A DNA stretch of 44,377 nucleotides, from the IMG/VR virus record IMGVR_UViG_3300048134_000198, one strand, 5' to 3'. Shown piece after piece: positions 7,901 through 17,983 of this stretch. Source of the stretch: a virus. How positions within the stretch are numbered: position 1 is the stretch's first letter; each line of letters begins with the position of its first letter. Under the pieces are notes generated by a model. That model worked only from the letters and a program-made list of their open reading frames with translations, had not been told where the DNA came from and searched no databases. The position numbers and the translations under genes are program-made.

Positions 7901-8505
7901 CGCCCGAACGCCTCCTCACCCGACTCCTCGCGCTCGCGATGGATCGCCCCGAACAAACCGCAGCCGCTGCGACCGCGCTCGCCACCGTCCTCGTGCACTA
8001 CCGGCAGACTGGACGGGTCCCGCTCGGGCGGCTGCCGTGGCGCATCATCAAGCAGAACGTTCGCGAGCTCGGCAACCAGTACTTCCGCCGCCCCCGCCCA
8101 CGGGGCGTCCCCGCACTCGTCGTCGACGCGAAGCCCGATGATCTCGAAGACACGCTTCGCAACGAGTTCTTCGAGAGCGTGGACCTCTACTCCTACGAGT
8201 ACGCGGATGAGGCGTGGAACCTCCGCCGCCCACAGGGAACTCGTTCGCATCCGGAGACCGGTGCGCCGGTGCCGATGGAACTCCACCCACGTGGGTTCCT
8301 GACGTCGGATGGGCGGACGCTGGTCTCGGCGCATGACGAAGCCAGTCGGTTCGAGGCGTACGGCCCCCACCTCAACGAAGTCCTCCTCTCCTGGAAGCGC
8401 GGCCGCGACGGAATGACTGAGGTACTCGACCAGCTGGACGTCGAGTACGAAGAGGTCGAGAGCGAACGCGCAGCGGACATCACCGTCGAACCACCAGCAA
8501 ACTGA
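7897..8505 (+). CDS. hypothetical protein, 202 aa
   Basis: ATGA-coupled to the holin-like gene; halophile-like composition. Confidence 0.75.
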   Translation: MTPERLLTRLLALAMDRPEQTAAAATALATVLVHYRQTGRVPLGRLPWRIIKQNVRELGNQYFRRPRPRGVPALVVDAKPDDLEDTLRNEFFESVDLYSYEYADEAWNLRRPQGTRSHPETGAPVPMELHPRGFLTSDGRTLVSAHDEASRFEAYGPHLNEVLLSWKRGRDGMTEVLDQLDVEYEEVESERAADITVEPPAN

Positions 8506-8553
8506 CACAGGCAACTCGTTCCTCCCCACCGGACAGCCGACGTCCACCCGCCC

Positions 8554-8570
8554 TACTTAAAGTATATATC
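8554..8570 (+). promoter_or_regulatory. archaeal TATA promoter of the packaging/head operon
   Basis: TACTTAAAGTATATATC, an AT island ~35-45 nt upstream of terS. Confidence 0.6.
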
Positions 8571-8602
8571 CCGCCAGAACGCTGCAGAACACTCCACCAC
8601 CC

Positions 8603-9325
8603 ATGAGCAACCGCGACCGCCGCGTCAACCTCGCGTTGAAGTGGCACTATCTCGACAACCTCTCCCCACGGGAGGTACGCGACCGCTTCGAAGCCGAGGG
8701 TATCGGCGACTTCGCACTCTCGACGATTAGGGGCTACCTCAACGAGGAGCCGAAGGAGGAGGTCCTTGAGATGATCGAGGCCGAGCACGCCGACGTCCGG
8801 CTGCAGGCCGCCGAACGCTTCGAACGCCTGTACCAGCAGGCACGGGAGGACCACGATGAGCTGGCGGTTGAGGATGAGCCGGTGCGTCGTGTGAAGCCGA
8901 AGATGACGCGCCTGCCGAAGAATCAGGACGCGTTCCAGATGCCGGCCTGGGAGGTCATCGAGCCCGGCGATAAGGACTGGCCCGAGCACGCCAACGAGCG
9001 CGACCTCTACATTCGATTCACGGACGAGCGCGTGTTCATCGAGCCGGGCGACAAGTACCCGGTGCGGAACGAGATCGACGACCAGCCGGTGTACACGACC
9101 GAGATGATCGGGCTCGAGCGCGACGTCCCGGAGCTCTCGCAGCGCCAGGCTGCTCGAGGAGAGATGAGCCAGCACCTGCGGCAGAAGGCCGACGTCATGG
9201 GCGTCTACAGCACGGACATCAACCTCGACGTCGACGGCGAGCTGGAGACGTCGGTGTCGCTCGACGAGGAGGCGGCCGCAGTCATCCGGGAAGCAACGAG
9301 CCCTACGGGTGAGGGCGATGAGTAG
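8603..9325 (+). CDS. terS: terminase small subunit (HTH)
   Basis: N-terminal HTH-like region, position directly before terL with overlap. Confidence 0.75.
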   Translation: MSNRDRRVNLALKWHYLDNLSPREVRDRFEAEGIGDFALSTIRGYLNEEPKEEVLEMIEAEHADVRLQAAERFERLYQQAREDHDELAVEDEPVRRVKPKMTRLPKNQDAFQMPAWEVIEPGDKDWPEHANERDLYIRFTDERVFIEPGDKYPVRNEIDDQPVYTTEMIGLERDVPELSQRQAARGEMSQHLRQKADVMGVYSTDINLDVDGELETSVSLDEEAAAVIREATSPTGEGDE

Positions 9326-10916
9326 TACTCAGGATAGCGCCGGCGATGGCGTCGAGGTGGATCTCTCCCGGTCGGAGATTCGTGCCGCGTACAATCCCTT
9401 CGAGCATGGGTGCTGGCTGGAGTTCGCGAACAAGCTCACCGAGGGCTACATGCAGGCCGAACCCGACCCGTGGAGCCCGCTCGGCGACCACCACGCGCAG
9501 TGGCTCCGCCACATCGCCGGCGAAGCAGACGTCTCTGGGGACCTCGCACTCCTCTGCCACCGGGACGGCCTCAAGACGACAATTGTCACGACGTACCTGA
9601 TCGCGTGCCTGGAGTACAAGCCGGGGTTCCGCGCGATCTGGTGCATGAACACCCAGGAGCAGGCCTACGAGAAGGCCGACCGCGAGCTCAACAAGTTCAT
9701 CGAGCGCAACCCGTGGCTGATCAACCTGAACAAGCCGCGGAAGACGGACTCGAAGAAGGTCAAGGAGTTCCACCACGACGCCTCCCTGACGACGGCGTGG
9801 CTGTTCGGGGCGGTCGAGGGCGCTCGCGCACACGTCCTCATCCACGACGACATCATCAAGGAGCGCGGTGACGGCGCGACGTCGGAGGTCGTCAACTGGG
9901 TGGACGGCGTCGCGCAGCCGATGGTGAAAGACGACGGCCGCACCGTGATGGTCGGCACCCGCAAGCGCCCGGACGACATCTGGTCGCACTACCGCGACTA
10001 CGAAGGCTACGCGCTCCGAGAGTTCCCGGCCATCCTCGACATCTGGGATCAGGAGTTCCGTGAGGACGACGACTGGCAGGACCGACGCCCCGACGAGGAC
10101 CTCTACGCGGACGTCCAGAATCCGTGGGGTTCGGGGACGCTGCAGGTGCTGTGGCCGGACGCGCGTGGCCCCGACTGGCTCGCAGACAAGCGCTCGAAGA
10201 TGGCGGACTACCTCTTCTGGCGCGAGTACACGCTCACCATCCGCGGCGCCAGCGGGAACCTCATCGAAGAGGCGGACGTCAACCAGCTCGTCGACGACGG
10301 CGGCTGCTCGATTCGCGGCCAGTCGCCGCCCCGGGAACTCACGCCCGGCCAAGGGGAGGCGACGATCGTCGCGCACGACCCAGCGCAGTCCGACACTGGC
10401 GACAACGCGGCGTTCGTCGCGTTCCGCGTTGGCTCGGATGGACGTCGTCGCCTCCTGGAGGCGAAGGCCGAGCAGGGGATGCAGCCCTCGCAGGTGAAGG
10501 CGACGCTGGCGGACCTCGATGACCGCTACGACCCGGCCGTCGTCGTCATCGAGAATAATGGAATGCAGCAGTACGTTGCGAACGACGCCGTCGAGTTCTC
10601 GGCGTCACTGCGTGCGAAGGTCACGGGCATCCCGACGACCGGCAAGAAACACAGCTGGGAGAACGGCATCCCGCGGCTGCGGCGGCTCGTCGAGAATGGC
10701 GGCATCCAGTTCTACCGAGGGCACTCGGGGACCGAGGAGTTCGTGCAGGCGGCGATGAGCCTCACGCTCCAGGACGGGAAGCTGCAGGGGCACACGCCGG
10801 ACCTCATCGCGGCGTGGTACATGGCCGAGCAGGGCATCCGCCACCTCGAAGGCATCGGCGCGCTCGACGAGGACAGCGATGACGACGACAGTGGAGGCGC
10901 GGTCACCCATCTATGA
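9318..10916 (+). CDS. terL: terminase large subunit
   Basis: Walker A-like HRDGLKTT, Walker B LIHDD, GT coupling motif, RNase H-like nuclease HDPA...D, IENN. Confidence 0.9.
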   Translation: MSSTQDSAGDGVEVDLSRSEIRAAYNPFEHGCWLEFANKLTEGYMQAEPDPWSPLGDHHAQWLRHIAGEADVSGDLALLCHRDGLKTTIVTTYLIACLEYKPGFRAIWCMNTQEQAYEKADRELNKFIERNPWLINLNKPRKTDSKKVKEFHHDASLTTAWLFGAVEGARAHVLIHDDIIKERGDGATSEVVNWVDGVAQPMVKDDGRTVMVGTRKRPDDIWSHYRDYEGYALREFPAILDIWDQEFREDDDWQDRRPDEDLYADVQNPWGSGTLQVLWPDARGPDWLADKRSKMADYLFWREYTLTIRGASGNLIEEADVNQLVDDGGCSIRGQSPPRELTPGQGEATIVAHDPAQSDTGDNAAFVAFRVGSDGRRRLLEAKAEQGMQPSQVKATLADLDDRYDPAVVVIENNGMQQYVANDAVEFSASLRAKVTGIPTTGKKHSWENGIPRLRRLVENGGIQFYRGHSGTEEFVQAAMSLTLQDGKLQGHTPDLIAAWYMAEQGIRHLEGIGALDEDSDDDDSGGAVTHL

Positions 10917-11023
10917 CTCAGGATACTCAGGACGACTCCCGCGAGAAGCACGGCATCAAGGGCGGCACCGAGACCGTCGACAAACTCCGAGACGCACTCG
11001 AGGAGGACGATAGCGATGAGTGA
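10913..11023 (+). CDS. 36-aa microprotein
   Basis: ATGA coupling to terL; acidic. Confidence 0.45.
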   Translation: MTQDTQDDSREKHGIKGGTETVDKLRDALEEDDSDE

Positions 11024-11198
11024 GGACGCCCCGAAGATCTGGATCGAGCACTACGACCTCAACGTCGGCGTCGTCGGCGGCGACAGCGACACCCTCGAAG
11101 ACGTCCAAGAGGTCTTCGACGAAGAGCTCAAGAAAGCCCTCGAGAACGATCCGAAGGTCGGTGAGGGGGACGTCGACGACACCCGGGGGGTGCAGTAA
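11016..11198 (+). CDS. 60-aa acidic protein
   Basis: Coupled between terL region and portal. Confidence 0.65.
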   Translation: MSEDAPKIWIEHYDLNVGVVGGDSDTLEDVQEVFDEELKKALENDPKVGEGDVDDTRGVQ

Positions 11199-13054
11199 TG
11201 AGCGCCGACGACGACGGGAACGTCTCCGTCTCCGTCTCGAAGCTCGGCGACGGCAGCGGCGCCATGTCGAAAGCCCGCGAGACCACCCAGCTCGACGAGC
11301 GCCACATCCCCACCGGCCGCGGCTGGGGCATCCGCCCCCCGTACCCGCCAGAGACCCTCGCTGCGTTCACCGAACTGAACGAAACGCACGCCGCGTCCAT
11401 CCGCAAGAAGGCACGCTGGGAAGCCGGCTACGGCTTCAACATCACCCCGCACATGTCGGTCGACCCCGAGGACGCTGACGATGGCGAACGCGATGACGTC
11501 GAGGAGTTCTGGTACGGTAGCCGGTCGAAATGGCAGACTGGTCCTGAGCATACGCCGGCGACCACGCCGACGGAAGTCCTCGAGCTCGCGCGGATGGACT
11601 ACCACATGATCGGCTGGTGCGCGCTCGAAATCCTCGTCGCCCCCGACGGCACACCCACCGGGCTGGCGCACGTCCCGGCGACGACCGTCCGCGTGCGGAA
11701 GACCGAGACAGAGACCGAGGACGGTGAGACAATCGTGACGTCGGGCCACGGCTACGTGCAGCGTCGCCACGGCCAGCGCCGGTTCTTCGGCGAGGCCGGC
11801 GACCGCTACGTCAACGAAGACAACTCCAACGACGAGCGCGTGTTCGTCGACAAGGAAACCGGAGACGTCGCCACTGGGAGCGCCGAACGCCTGGATAACG
11901 ACCCGGCGAACGAACTCATCTTCATCCCCAACCCGAGCCCGATCGCGACCTACTACGGGATTCCGGACTGGATCTCGGCGATGGAGACGATGTCGATGGA
12001 CCAGGCGGCGAAGCGCTACAACCGGGACAAGCTCGAGCACTTCGGCATCAGTCACTTCGCGGTCATCGTCAAGGGCGGCACCCTCACCGAGGAGTCCAAG
12101 GAGGAACTCCGGGAGATGCTTGAGGACCTCGAAGACAACCCCCACCGCGCGTCCGTGCTCGAAGTGGAGAAGCTCCAGGAGGACGCGAACGACCTCGGAC
12201 TCGAAGGTGAGGGCGGCAGTGATATCGAGGTGGAGTTGCGGCCGCTCGCCGGCGACAACGCCGGCCAGATGGACTACGAAACGCTTCGGAAGGAGGCCGA
12301 GCAGGACATCGCGAAAGTCCACGAGGTCCCCCCGATCCTCTACAATCGTCCCGGGCAGTCGAATCGGTCGAACTCGAAAGAACAGGTGCGTGAGTTCGCC
12401 GAGGAAGTCATCGCGCCCGAACAGGCGAAGTTCGAGGCGCGGCTCTACGAGATCCTCCACAAGACGGCGCTCGACGTCACCGACTGGACGATTGAGTTCA
12501 AGCTGAAGGGCGCCGATCAGCCCGACCGCGATGCGACGATCGCCCAGAAGCGCATCGGCGCGTCGAACGGCACGCTCACCGTCGATGAGGCGCGCGCCGA
12601 ACTCGACAAGGACCCGCTGCCTGACGAGCACGACGTCGACGGCGACACGCTACTCGCGAACCTCGACCAGTCTGCAGCCGACGTCGTCGGCGACGAAGAT
12701 CGGCCGGAGGACGCACCGCCGACCGAGAACATGGTCGGCACACGGAACAGTATCGATGTCGACCGGCAGGCCGCCAAGGACGAAGACAACGACGAGGTCC
12801 AGATGCAGGAGTTCGACTCCTCGAATATCCACTCGGCGCTCTACCAGAGCGTGACCGAGGACCTCTACGTCCGCTTCCACGGCCACGATGGTGGCACGGA
12901 CCGGATTTACGTCTATCTCGGCGTCCAAGAGGACGAGTGGGAGTCCTGGCTGGACGCCAGCTCCGCGGGCTCCTATCACTACGAGAACATCCGGATGTCG
13001 TACCCGTACGAGGAGCTGACGAACACGACTGGCTGGCCGCAGATCGGACAGTAA
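11198..13054 (+). CDS. portal protein with C-terminal KTSC domain
   Basis: Position after terL; portal-like HMIGWCALE, YYGIPDW, IAKVHEVPP, TVDEARAELD; C-terminal DSSNIHSALY...LYVRF...YVY...SAGSY matches the KTSC pattern. Confidence 0.88.
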   Translation: MSADDDGNVSVSVSKLGDGSGAMSKARETTQLDERHIPTGRGWGIRPPYPPETLAAFTELNETHAASIRKKARWEAGYGFNITPHMSVDPEDADDGERDDVEEFWYGSRSKWQTGPEHTPATTPTEVLELARMDYHMIGWCALEILVAPDGTPTGLAHVPATTVRVRKTETETEDGETIVTSGHGYVQRRHGQRRFFGEAGDRYVNEDNSNDERVFVDKETGDVATGSAERLDNDPANELIFIPNPSPIATYYGIPDWISAMETMSMDQAAKRYNRDKLEHFGISHFAVIVKGGTLTEESKEELREMLEDLEDNPHRASVLEVEKLQEDANDLGLEGEGGSDIEVELRPLAGDNAGQMDYETLRKEAEQDIAKVHEVPPILYNRPGQSNRSNSKEQVREFAEEVIAPEQAKFEARLYEILHKTALDVTDWTIEFKLKGADQPDRDATIAQKRIGASNGTLTVDEARAELDKDPLPDEHDVDGDTLLANLDQSAADVVGDEDRPEDAPPTENMVGTRNSIDVDRQAAKDEDNDEVQMQEFDSSNIHSALYQSVTEDLYVRFHGHDGGTDRIYVYLGVQEDEWESWLDASSAGSYHYENIRMSYPYEELTNTTGWPQIGQ

Positions 13055-13058
13055 CACC

Positions 13059-13102
13059 AGCCCTGATGACCGCGGGCGCGCCCGACGACCCGCGCGAGGA
13101 CT
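13059..13102 (+). ncRNA. K-turn-like element K2
   Basis: CC-TGAT-GA-C-CGCGGG...CCCGCG-C-GA-GG. Confidence 0.55.
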
Positions 13103-13123
13103 ACCGGGACGACGGTTCTTACG

Positions 13124-14848
13124 ATGACAGACTACGAGAGTCGCCAGTTCACCAAGCAGGTCGCAATCAAGGCGACCGACGACGCCGAGCAGATAGCCAC
13201 GGGGCTCGCGCTCACCGCCGGCGAAGTCGACCACCAGCTCGACTTCTTCCGCCCGGATGGGGTCGAAGCGATGTACAACCCCAGTCCGGACCACGGCGTG
13301 ATGCACGGCCGCTTCCCGGACGACGACGCTGAGCTCGTCCGGAACGAGGTCCTCGACGAGCCCGAGGAGATCGACGGCGCCGCGTTCGAGGCTGGCGACT
13401 GGGTCGTCCAGCGCCAGTACCACAACGACGACCTCTGGGAGTTCGTCGAGCGCGGTGTCCTCAACGGCTACAGCATCGGCGGCCAGGTCACCGAGGCTAT
13501 CGAGTACGAATCGGTTGAGGACCTGCCGGACGACGTCGACATCCCCGACGTGGTCGACCCCGAGGCGGTCGACGACAAGTACCACCCACCGACAGAGGTG
13601 ACGAACGGGTTCGTCAGCGAGGTATCTGACGTCGACATCCCGGCTGTCGTCTCCGCTCAGTTCGCGACCACGAAGGCGGACAAGTCGATTGTCGATGACG
13701 TCGCCGGCGAAGACGAGTTCGTCGACGTCATGACCAGCCGTGGTCACGACGAGGCGGACGTCCGCGACCTCTGGACCTACCTCGAGTCGATTGACGCTGG
13801 CGACGACAAACATGCAATGAGCAAGTCACAGACAGACCCCGACGCCGACGCGCCCGACCTCGACGAGGAGGACGTCGGCTTCCTGAAGCGCCTCCGACAA
13901 GCGGTCACCAAGAGCGACGGCGACGCGGAGCCCGATGACGACGACACCCCCACGCCGGGGCAGTCCGAGGTCTCCGACGTCACGCTCGCGAAAGCCCTCG
14001 CTGCATCGAAGGAGGGCCGGCCGCTGAACGCCGACAACCGGGAGGCGCTGATGGCGGCCCACGACGCGGTCGAAGCCGCGCTGGCGTCGGACATGAACCT
14101 CGAGACGAATCGGTTTACAGACGACCCCGAGTCGGACTTCGACCTCACCGCGTACGCCGACGAGTTCGGCAGCGACGACGGCGACGAGGATGGCGAGAAG
14201 GCCGCGCCGGTTGAGAAGCTGACCGAGGAGCAAGGCGACCTCGTCGTCAACGCGCTCCAACGCTTCATCGACAACCAAGGCGAGGCGCCATTCGCGGATT
14301 TCTCCTCGTGGATCTGGCAGACGGACGTCCTCGACGACGACACCGCATTCGCGGCCGACGAGGCTGTCTGGCAGTACCGCGAGTACGTTCGCGAGCAGCG
14401 CGACGAGACGCCGGTCACCGAGGACTTCGCAGACTGGGTGGCCGAGGAGTCCGACACCGACACCGACCTCACCATGAGCAAGAACGACAACAGCGGCGAC
14501 GACGGTGGCGATCCGTTCGCTGACGCCCCGGAGTGGGCGAAGGCACTCAAGGAACAGCAGGAACAGAACAGCAGCCGCATCGACGACGCCCTCGACAAAT
14601 CGGGCGACACCGACGACGATGGTGACGATGACGGCGACAAGGCGTTCGAGGATGCCCCGGAGTGGGCGAAGGCGCTGAAAGAAGAGCAGGAGAAGAACGC
14701 TGAGCAGATCGAGACGATCTCGAAGCAGACTGGCGCGAGCCAGCAGGTCGACGGCATGGAAAAGACTGGCGAGGACGGCGACCTGTCCGAGGATTCGACG
14801 GAGTTCAAGAAGGCGCTCGGCGGCGGCGTCGGCGGAGGTGCCAACTGA
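13124..14848 (+). CDS. XkdF-like prohead protease fused to acidic scaffold
   Basis: VDHQLDF, GVMH, GDWVV, GVLNGYSIGG; acidic C-terminus with duplicated motif. Confidence 0.85.
   Translation: MTDYESRQFTKQVAIKATDDAEQIATGLALTAGEVDHQLDFFRPDGVEAMYNPSPDHGVMHGRFPDDDAELVRNEVLDEPEEIDGAAFEAGDWVVQRQYHNDDLWEFVERGVLNGYSIGGQVTEAIEYESVEDLPDDVDIPDVVDPEAVDDKYHPPTEVTNGFVSEVSDVDIPAVVSAQFATTKADKSIVDDVAGEDEFVDVMTSRGHDEADVRDLWTYLESIDAGDDKHAMSKSQTDPDADAPDLDEEDVGFLKRLRQAVTKSDGDAEPDDDDTPTPGQSEVSDVTLAKALAASKEGRPLNADNREALMAAHDAVEAALASDMNLETNRFTDDPESDFDLTAYADEFGSDDGDEDGEKAAPVEKLTEEQGDLVVNALQRFIDNQGEAPFADFSSWIWQTDVLDDDTAFAADEAVWQYREYVREQRDETPVTEDFADWVAEESDTDTDLTMSKNDNSGDDGGDPFADAPEWAKALKEQQEQNSSRIDDALDKSGDTDDDGDDDGDKAFEDAPEWAKALKEEQEKNAEQIETISKQTGASQQVDGMEKTGEDGDLSEDSTEFKKALGGGVGGGAN
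14514..14698 (+). repeat. duplicated scaffold motif F-x-DAPEWAKALKE-x-QE-x-N
   Basis: Copies at ~14514-14569 and ~14643-14698. Confidence 0.8.
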
Positions 14849-14849
14849 C

Positions 14850-15890
14850 ATGACTGACATCCAAGACGCACGCGACGCGAACACGCAGGCCGTACAGAAG
14901 CAGACCATCGACACCTCGCAGCTGAACGGCGCACAGCTCCCGCGAGATCTCTTCGAGCGGTTCATCGAACGCCAGCAGCGCGAAGCCACGCTGCTGTCGG
15001 ACGTCCGCGTCGAGACGCTGCCGCGCCTCGAGATGGGCGTCCCGAAGCTCGGCGTCCCCGAGCTCTCCGGGAGCGTCCGCAGCGAGGGCGGCGAGGACGC
15101 CACCGGGACCGACAACGCCGACGCAGAAACGGGGTCGGTGGAGTTCAACGCGACCGACCAGTCGTACTACATCCAATACGACCTGAAGCGGGACGCGGTG
15201 AAGAACGTCATCACCAGCGAGGACGCTGTCGCGGACGTCATTCTCTCGCACTTCGAGCGTGCGTGGGGCAACGACGTCCAGAACATCGGCATCAACGCTG
15301 GCCGGAGTGGGAGCGGGCTGCCGGCGCAGTTCAACGACACGTTCGACGGCTGGATCGCCATCGCCGAAGGCAACGACACCGCCTCCGACCGGATCGGCAC
15401 GGGCGAGGAGGCGGACGCCTCGACGATGCCGACCTACAACCACTCGGACAGCAACGGGAATGCGCAGCCGGTGAACACTGCGCTGTTCAACGCGATGATT
15501 CAGACGGTGCCCGAGCGGTACCGCGACCCGGACACGCTGCAGTTCCACACCTCGAAGAGCCAGGTGCAGGACTACCTCTACCGGCTCACCGAGCGCGAGG
15601 ACGCGCTGGGCGCGGCGGCCGTGATGGGTGACAGCGACATCACGCCGTTCGAGTACGACGTCATCGGGCGGTCGTACTGGCCGGACGATGTCATGATGCT
15701 GGTCGACCCGCAGAACCTCGTGTACGGGCTCTTCGAGGAGGTCGAGATCACGCAGCTCGTGCAGACTGACCAGACGATGGAGCGCCGCCTCCACTCCCGG
15801 AACCTCCTGGAGGGACAGTTCGACTTCCAGATTGAGGAGCTGCAGGCGGGCGCGCTCGGGACGAACATCGCGGCGCCGAACGCGGTCTAA
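14850..15890 (+). CDS. major capsid protein (HK97 fold)
   Basis: Size ~346 aa, position after protease/scaffold, G-x-L-P, FDGW and DPQNL motifs. Confidence 0.88.
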   Translation: MTDIQDARDANTQAVQKQTIDTSQLNGAQLPRDLFERFIERQQREATLLSDVRVETLPRLEMGVPKLGVPELSGSVRSEGGEDATGTDNADAETGSVEFNATDQSYYIQYDLKRDAVKNVITSEDAVADVILSHFERAWGNDVQNIGINAGRSGSGLPAQFNDTFDGWIAIAEGNDTASDRIGTGEEADASTMPTYNHSDSNGNAQPVNTALFNAMIQTVPERYRDPDTLQFHTSKSQVQDYLYRLTEREDALGAAAVMGDSDITPFEYDVIGRSYWPDDVMMLVDPQNLVYGLFEEVEITQLVQTDQTMERRLHSRNLLEGQFDFQIEELQAGALGTNIAAPNAV

Positions 15891-15903
15891 GAGGTGACTT
15901 AGC

Positions 15904-16104
15904 GTGACTACTACTCAGAACGAGCTTCGGCGGCGCTACGAGGATGGCTACGCCCTCAACGACGCCGTCGAACTGCCGTTCAGCGACGCCGAGCCCGACA
16001 CACCGGATGATGGTCCCGTGCTCTACGCGGAGGACAACACCAACGAGGAACTGAAGGTCAAGTTCACTGACGGCACGACGAAGGTCGTGACCGACAACGC
16101 CTGA
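15904..16104 (+). CDS. 66-aa virion (possible decoration) protein
   Basis: Directly after MCP with GAGGTGA SD. Confidence 0.6.
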   Translation: MTTTQNELRRRYEDGYALNDAVELPFSDAEPDTPDDGPVLYAEDNTNEELKVKFTDGTTKVVTDNA

Positions 16105-16115
16105 GGTGACCTAAG

Positions 16116-16481
16116 TTGGTTACCATCCGCCACGAACGCGGCCCCGGTCGGTTCGCACACGCCGCCCTCGACGGTATCTCCGGGTATGGCGACATCCACG
16201 ACGTCTCCGAGGCTGCGGCGGAGTACCTCTGCGATGAGGTGGGGTACTTCGACCGCGCGAACGTAACCGACGTCGAGTACGAAGAAGTCGAGAAGGACGA
16301 CGACACTCCTGGGTCGGACGCCGGTCTCGAGTACGAGGAGGTGTCCGCCATCGAGGATCGCATCGACGCCGGCGAGTGCCCCTGGTGCGACGACTACGAG
16401 GGCGACGGCGTCCCCCAGCACGCCGCTAGCGCACACGCCGACGAGTGGGCGGCGTACAAGGCCGAAGTCGAGGAGGAGTAA
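16116..16481 (+). CDS. acidic protein with C2H2-type Zn finger
   Basis: CPWC...HAASAH; GAGGTGA SD. Confidence 0.7.
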   Translation: MVTIRHERGPGRFAHAALDGISGYGDIHDVSEAAAEYLCDEVGYFDRANVTDVEYEEVEKDDDTPGSDAGLEYEEVSAIEDRIDAGECPWCDDYEGDGVPQHAASAHADEWAAYKAEVEEE

Positions 16482-16487
16482 CTCGCT

Positions 16488-17234
16488 ATGCCTGAGGGGT
16501 ACTGCACCTTAGTGGACGTCCGGAAAGCACTCCGGCAAGCCGACCTCCCGGGTGACGTCAGCCAAGACCCAGCAATCGCGGTGAAGGCAATCGTCGCGCA
16601 GACGGAGCCGCTGGAGAAGGAACTGAAGCGGCACTGGTACGCCCAAGAAGGCGACCAGATCGTCACCGAGGCCACCGAGGTCGACATCCCGCAGTCGCCG
16701 AAGACGCGGGACGACGAGTACGACATCCCGACCGGCGCCGCCTGGACGGTCGACGACTCGGGCCCGACGCCGAAGACGTCGCAGGGCGACTACGCGAAAA
16801 TCGAACTTGCGCGGCGGGATGCCGAGTCTCTCTCGGCGTTGCACGTCCGGACTGAGGATGGCACCTATGAGGATTGGGCGGCGAGCGCGGACTACTCGGA
16901 GGGCTCGTGGCCGCCATCGGGGGAGGACTACTACCTCCGCGTGAACAACGGCGGCTGGAGTCGACTCTATCTCGACACGACGAACTTCCTCAAGGACGGC
17001 GAGGACGACGAGTACGTCCTCGACTCCTGGGCGAACGCAATCTACCTCGAGTGGGACTATGGACATTCCGGAATTCCGGAGAACGTCCGGCGTGCGGTCG
17101 CCTTCAGGGCGGCCGCGGACCTCGTCGAAGAGCCTGCGTATTCTATACCCGATAATTCGGAGGTGTACGGCGCCGAATCGAAAGCCAGCGAGTTGCGCGA
17201 CCAGGCGAACGATCTCCTCGAGGTGTACAAATGA
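16488..17234 (+). CDS. head-tail adaptor protein
   Basis: N-terminal YCTLVDV and C-terminal GIPENVRRAVA adaptor-like pattern; position. Confidence 0.7.
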   Translation: MPEGYCTLVDVRKALRQADLPGDVSQDPAIAVKAIVAQTEPLEKELKRHWYAQEGDQIVTEATEVDIPQSPKTRDDEYDIPTGAAWTVDDSGPTPKTSQGDYAKIELARRDAESLSALHVRTEDGTYEDWAASADYSEGSWPPSGEDYYLRVNNGGWSRLYLDTTNFLKDGEDDEYVLDSWANAIYLEWDYGHSGIPENVRRAVAFRAAADLVEEPAYSIPDNSEVYGAESKASELRDQANDLLEVYK

Positions 17235-17395
17235 CGTCACTCGTCGACGTCCTGGCCACGGCTATCGGCGTCATCACTGGGACGTGGCTGTACCATGCGT
17301 GGCGGGACCGCAGCGCCGACGGCGATCCTCGGTGGCTGTACCGCTCTCGTGTTTCGGAGACGTCGGACGAGGATCCGCGCACGGAGGAACAGTGA
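17231..17395 (+). CDS. 54-aa single-TM microprotein
   Basis: ATGA overlap; hydrophobic N-terminus LVDVLATAIGVITGTWLY. Confidence 0.55.
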   Translation: MTSLVDVLATAIGVITGTWLYHAWRDRSADGDPRWLYRSRVSETSDEDPRTEEQ

Positions 17396-17402
17396 CCCCA
17401 CG

Positions 17403-17945
17403 ATGCCAGATGAGAATCCTGCGGCGACGGTCACCCTCGACTTCACCCTCGACCTGCAGACCGACCCCTTGGGCGCCGTCCTGGAGGTCTCGGTGCCCGA
17501 TGCGTCCAGTCAGGGAGCGCGGGAGGCGTTCCTCGACTCCGCCGAAGCGGCGCTCGTCGGCCAACGAGGGAACCTCGTCGCCCAAGCAGTCTCGGAGGCA
17601 CACGGCCAACTCGCATCCTACGCCTCGGCACAAGGCGGGTACGCGTACGATCCCGTCGAGGAGTCCTTCCAGGGCGTCACTGTTGAGCGCGGCCAACGCG
17701 GCCTCACCATCGAGTGGTCGTGGGACTCCGAAGTGGCAGAAATATGGGAGTTCGGCTGTCCGCCCTATACTATAAATGGGTCGCCGTTAGCGTTTGAGTT
17801 TGATTCTGCGGAGTATCCGGGGCTTGCGGAAGCGTTCCCGAAGGGAACTGCGTTTCTTCAGGAAGTCGAGCATCCGGGGTTTCCGGAAGCTCGCTGGGTT
17901 AGAGATAGCCTCCACTGGTTGCGGCGAGAGGTGGCTCAGACATGA
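17403..17945 (+). CDS. HK97 gp10-like neck/tail completion protein
   Basis: WEFG...HPG-x-P-x-R-W-x-RDS pattern; position. Confidence 0.7.
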   Translation: MPDENPAATVTLDFTLDLQTDPLGAVLEVSVPDASSQGAREAFLDSAEAALVGQRGNLVAQAVSEAHGQLASYASAQGGYAYDPVEESFQGVTVERGQRGLTIEWSWDSEVAEIWEFGCPPYTINGSPLAFEFDSAEYPGLAEAFPKGTAFLQEVEHPGFPEARWVRDSLHWLRREVAQT

Positions 17946-17983
17946 TAAAAGAATCGACGATGGGGAAGTTCCCTGGTAGGGGG

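Noticed and set aside
1250-10916. Inteins in MCM or TerL
   Set aside because: Protein lengths are ordinary and no intein terminal motifs interrupt the catalytic motifs
13059-13102. CTGATGA...GA motif here and at 23281 resembles a hammerhead ribozyme core
   Set aside because: The required GAAA and the stem III/NUH cleavage site are missing (GAGG instead), and two family members read CCGATGA; a K-turn fits all four copies better
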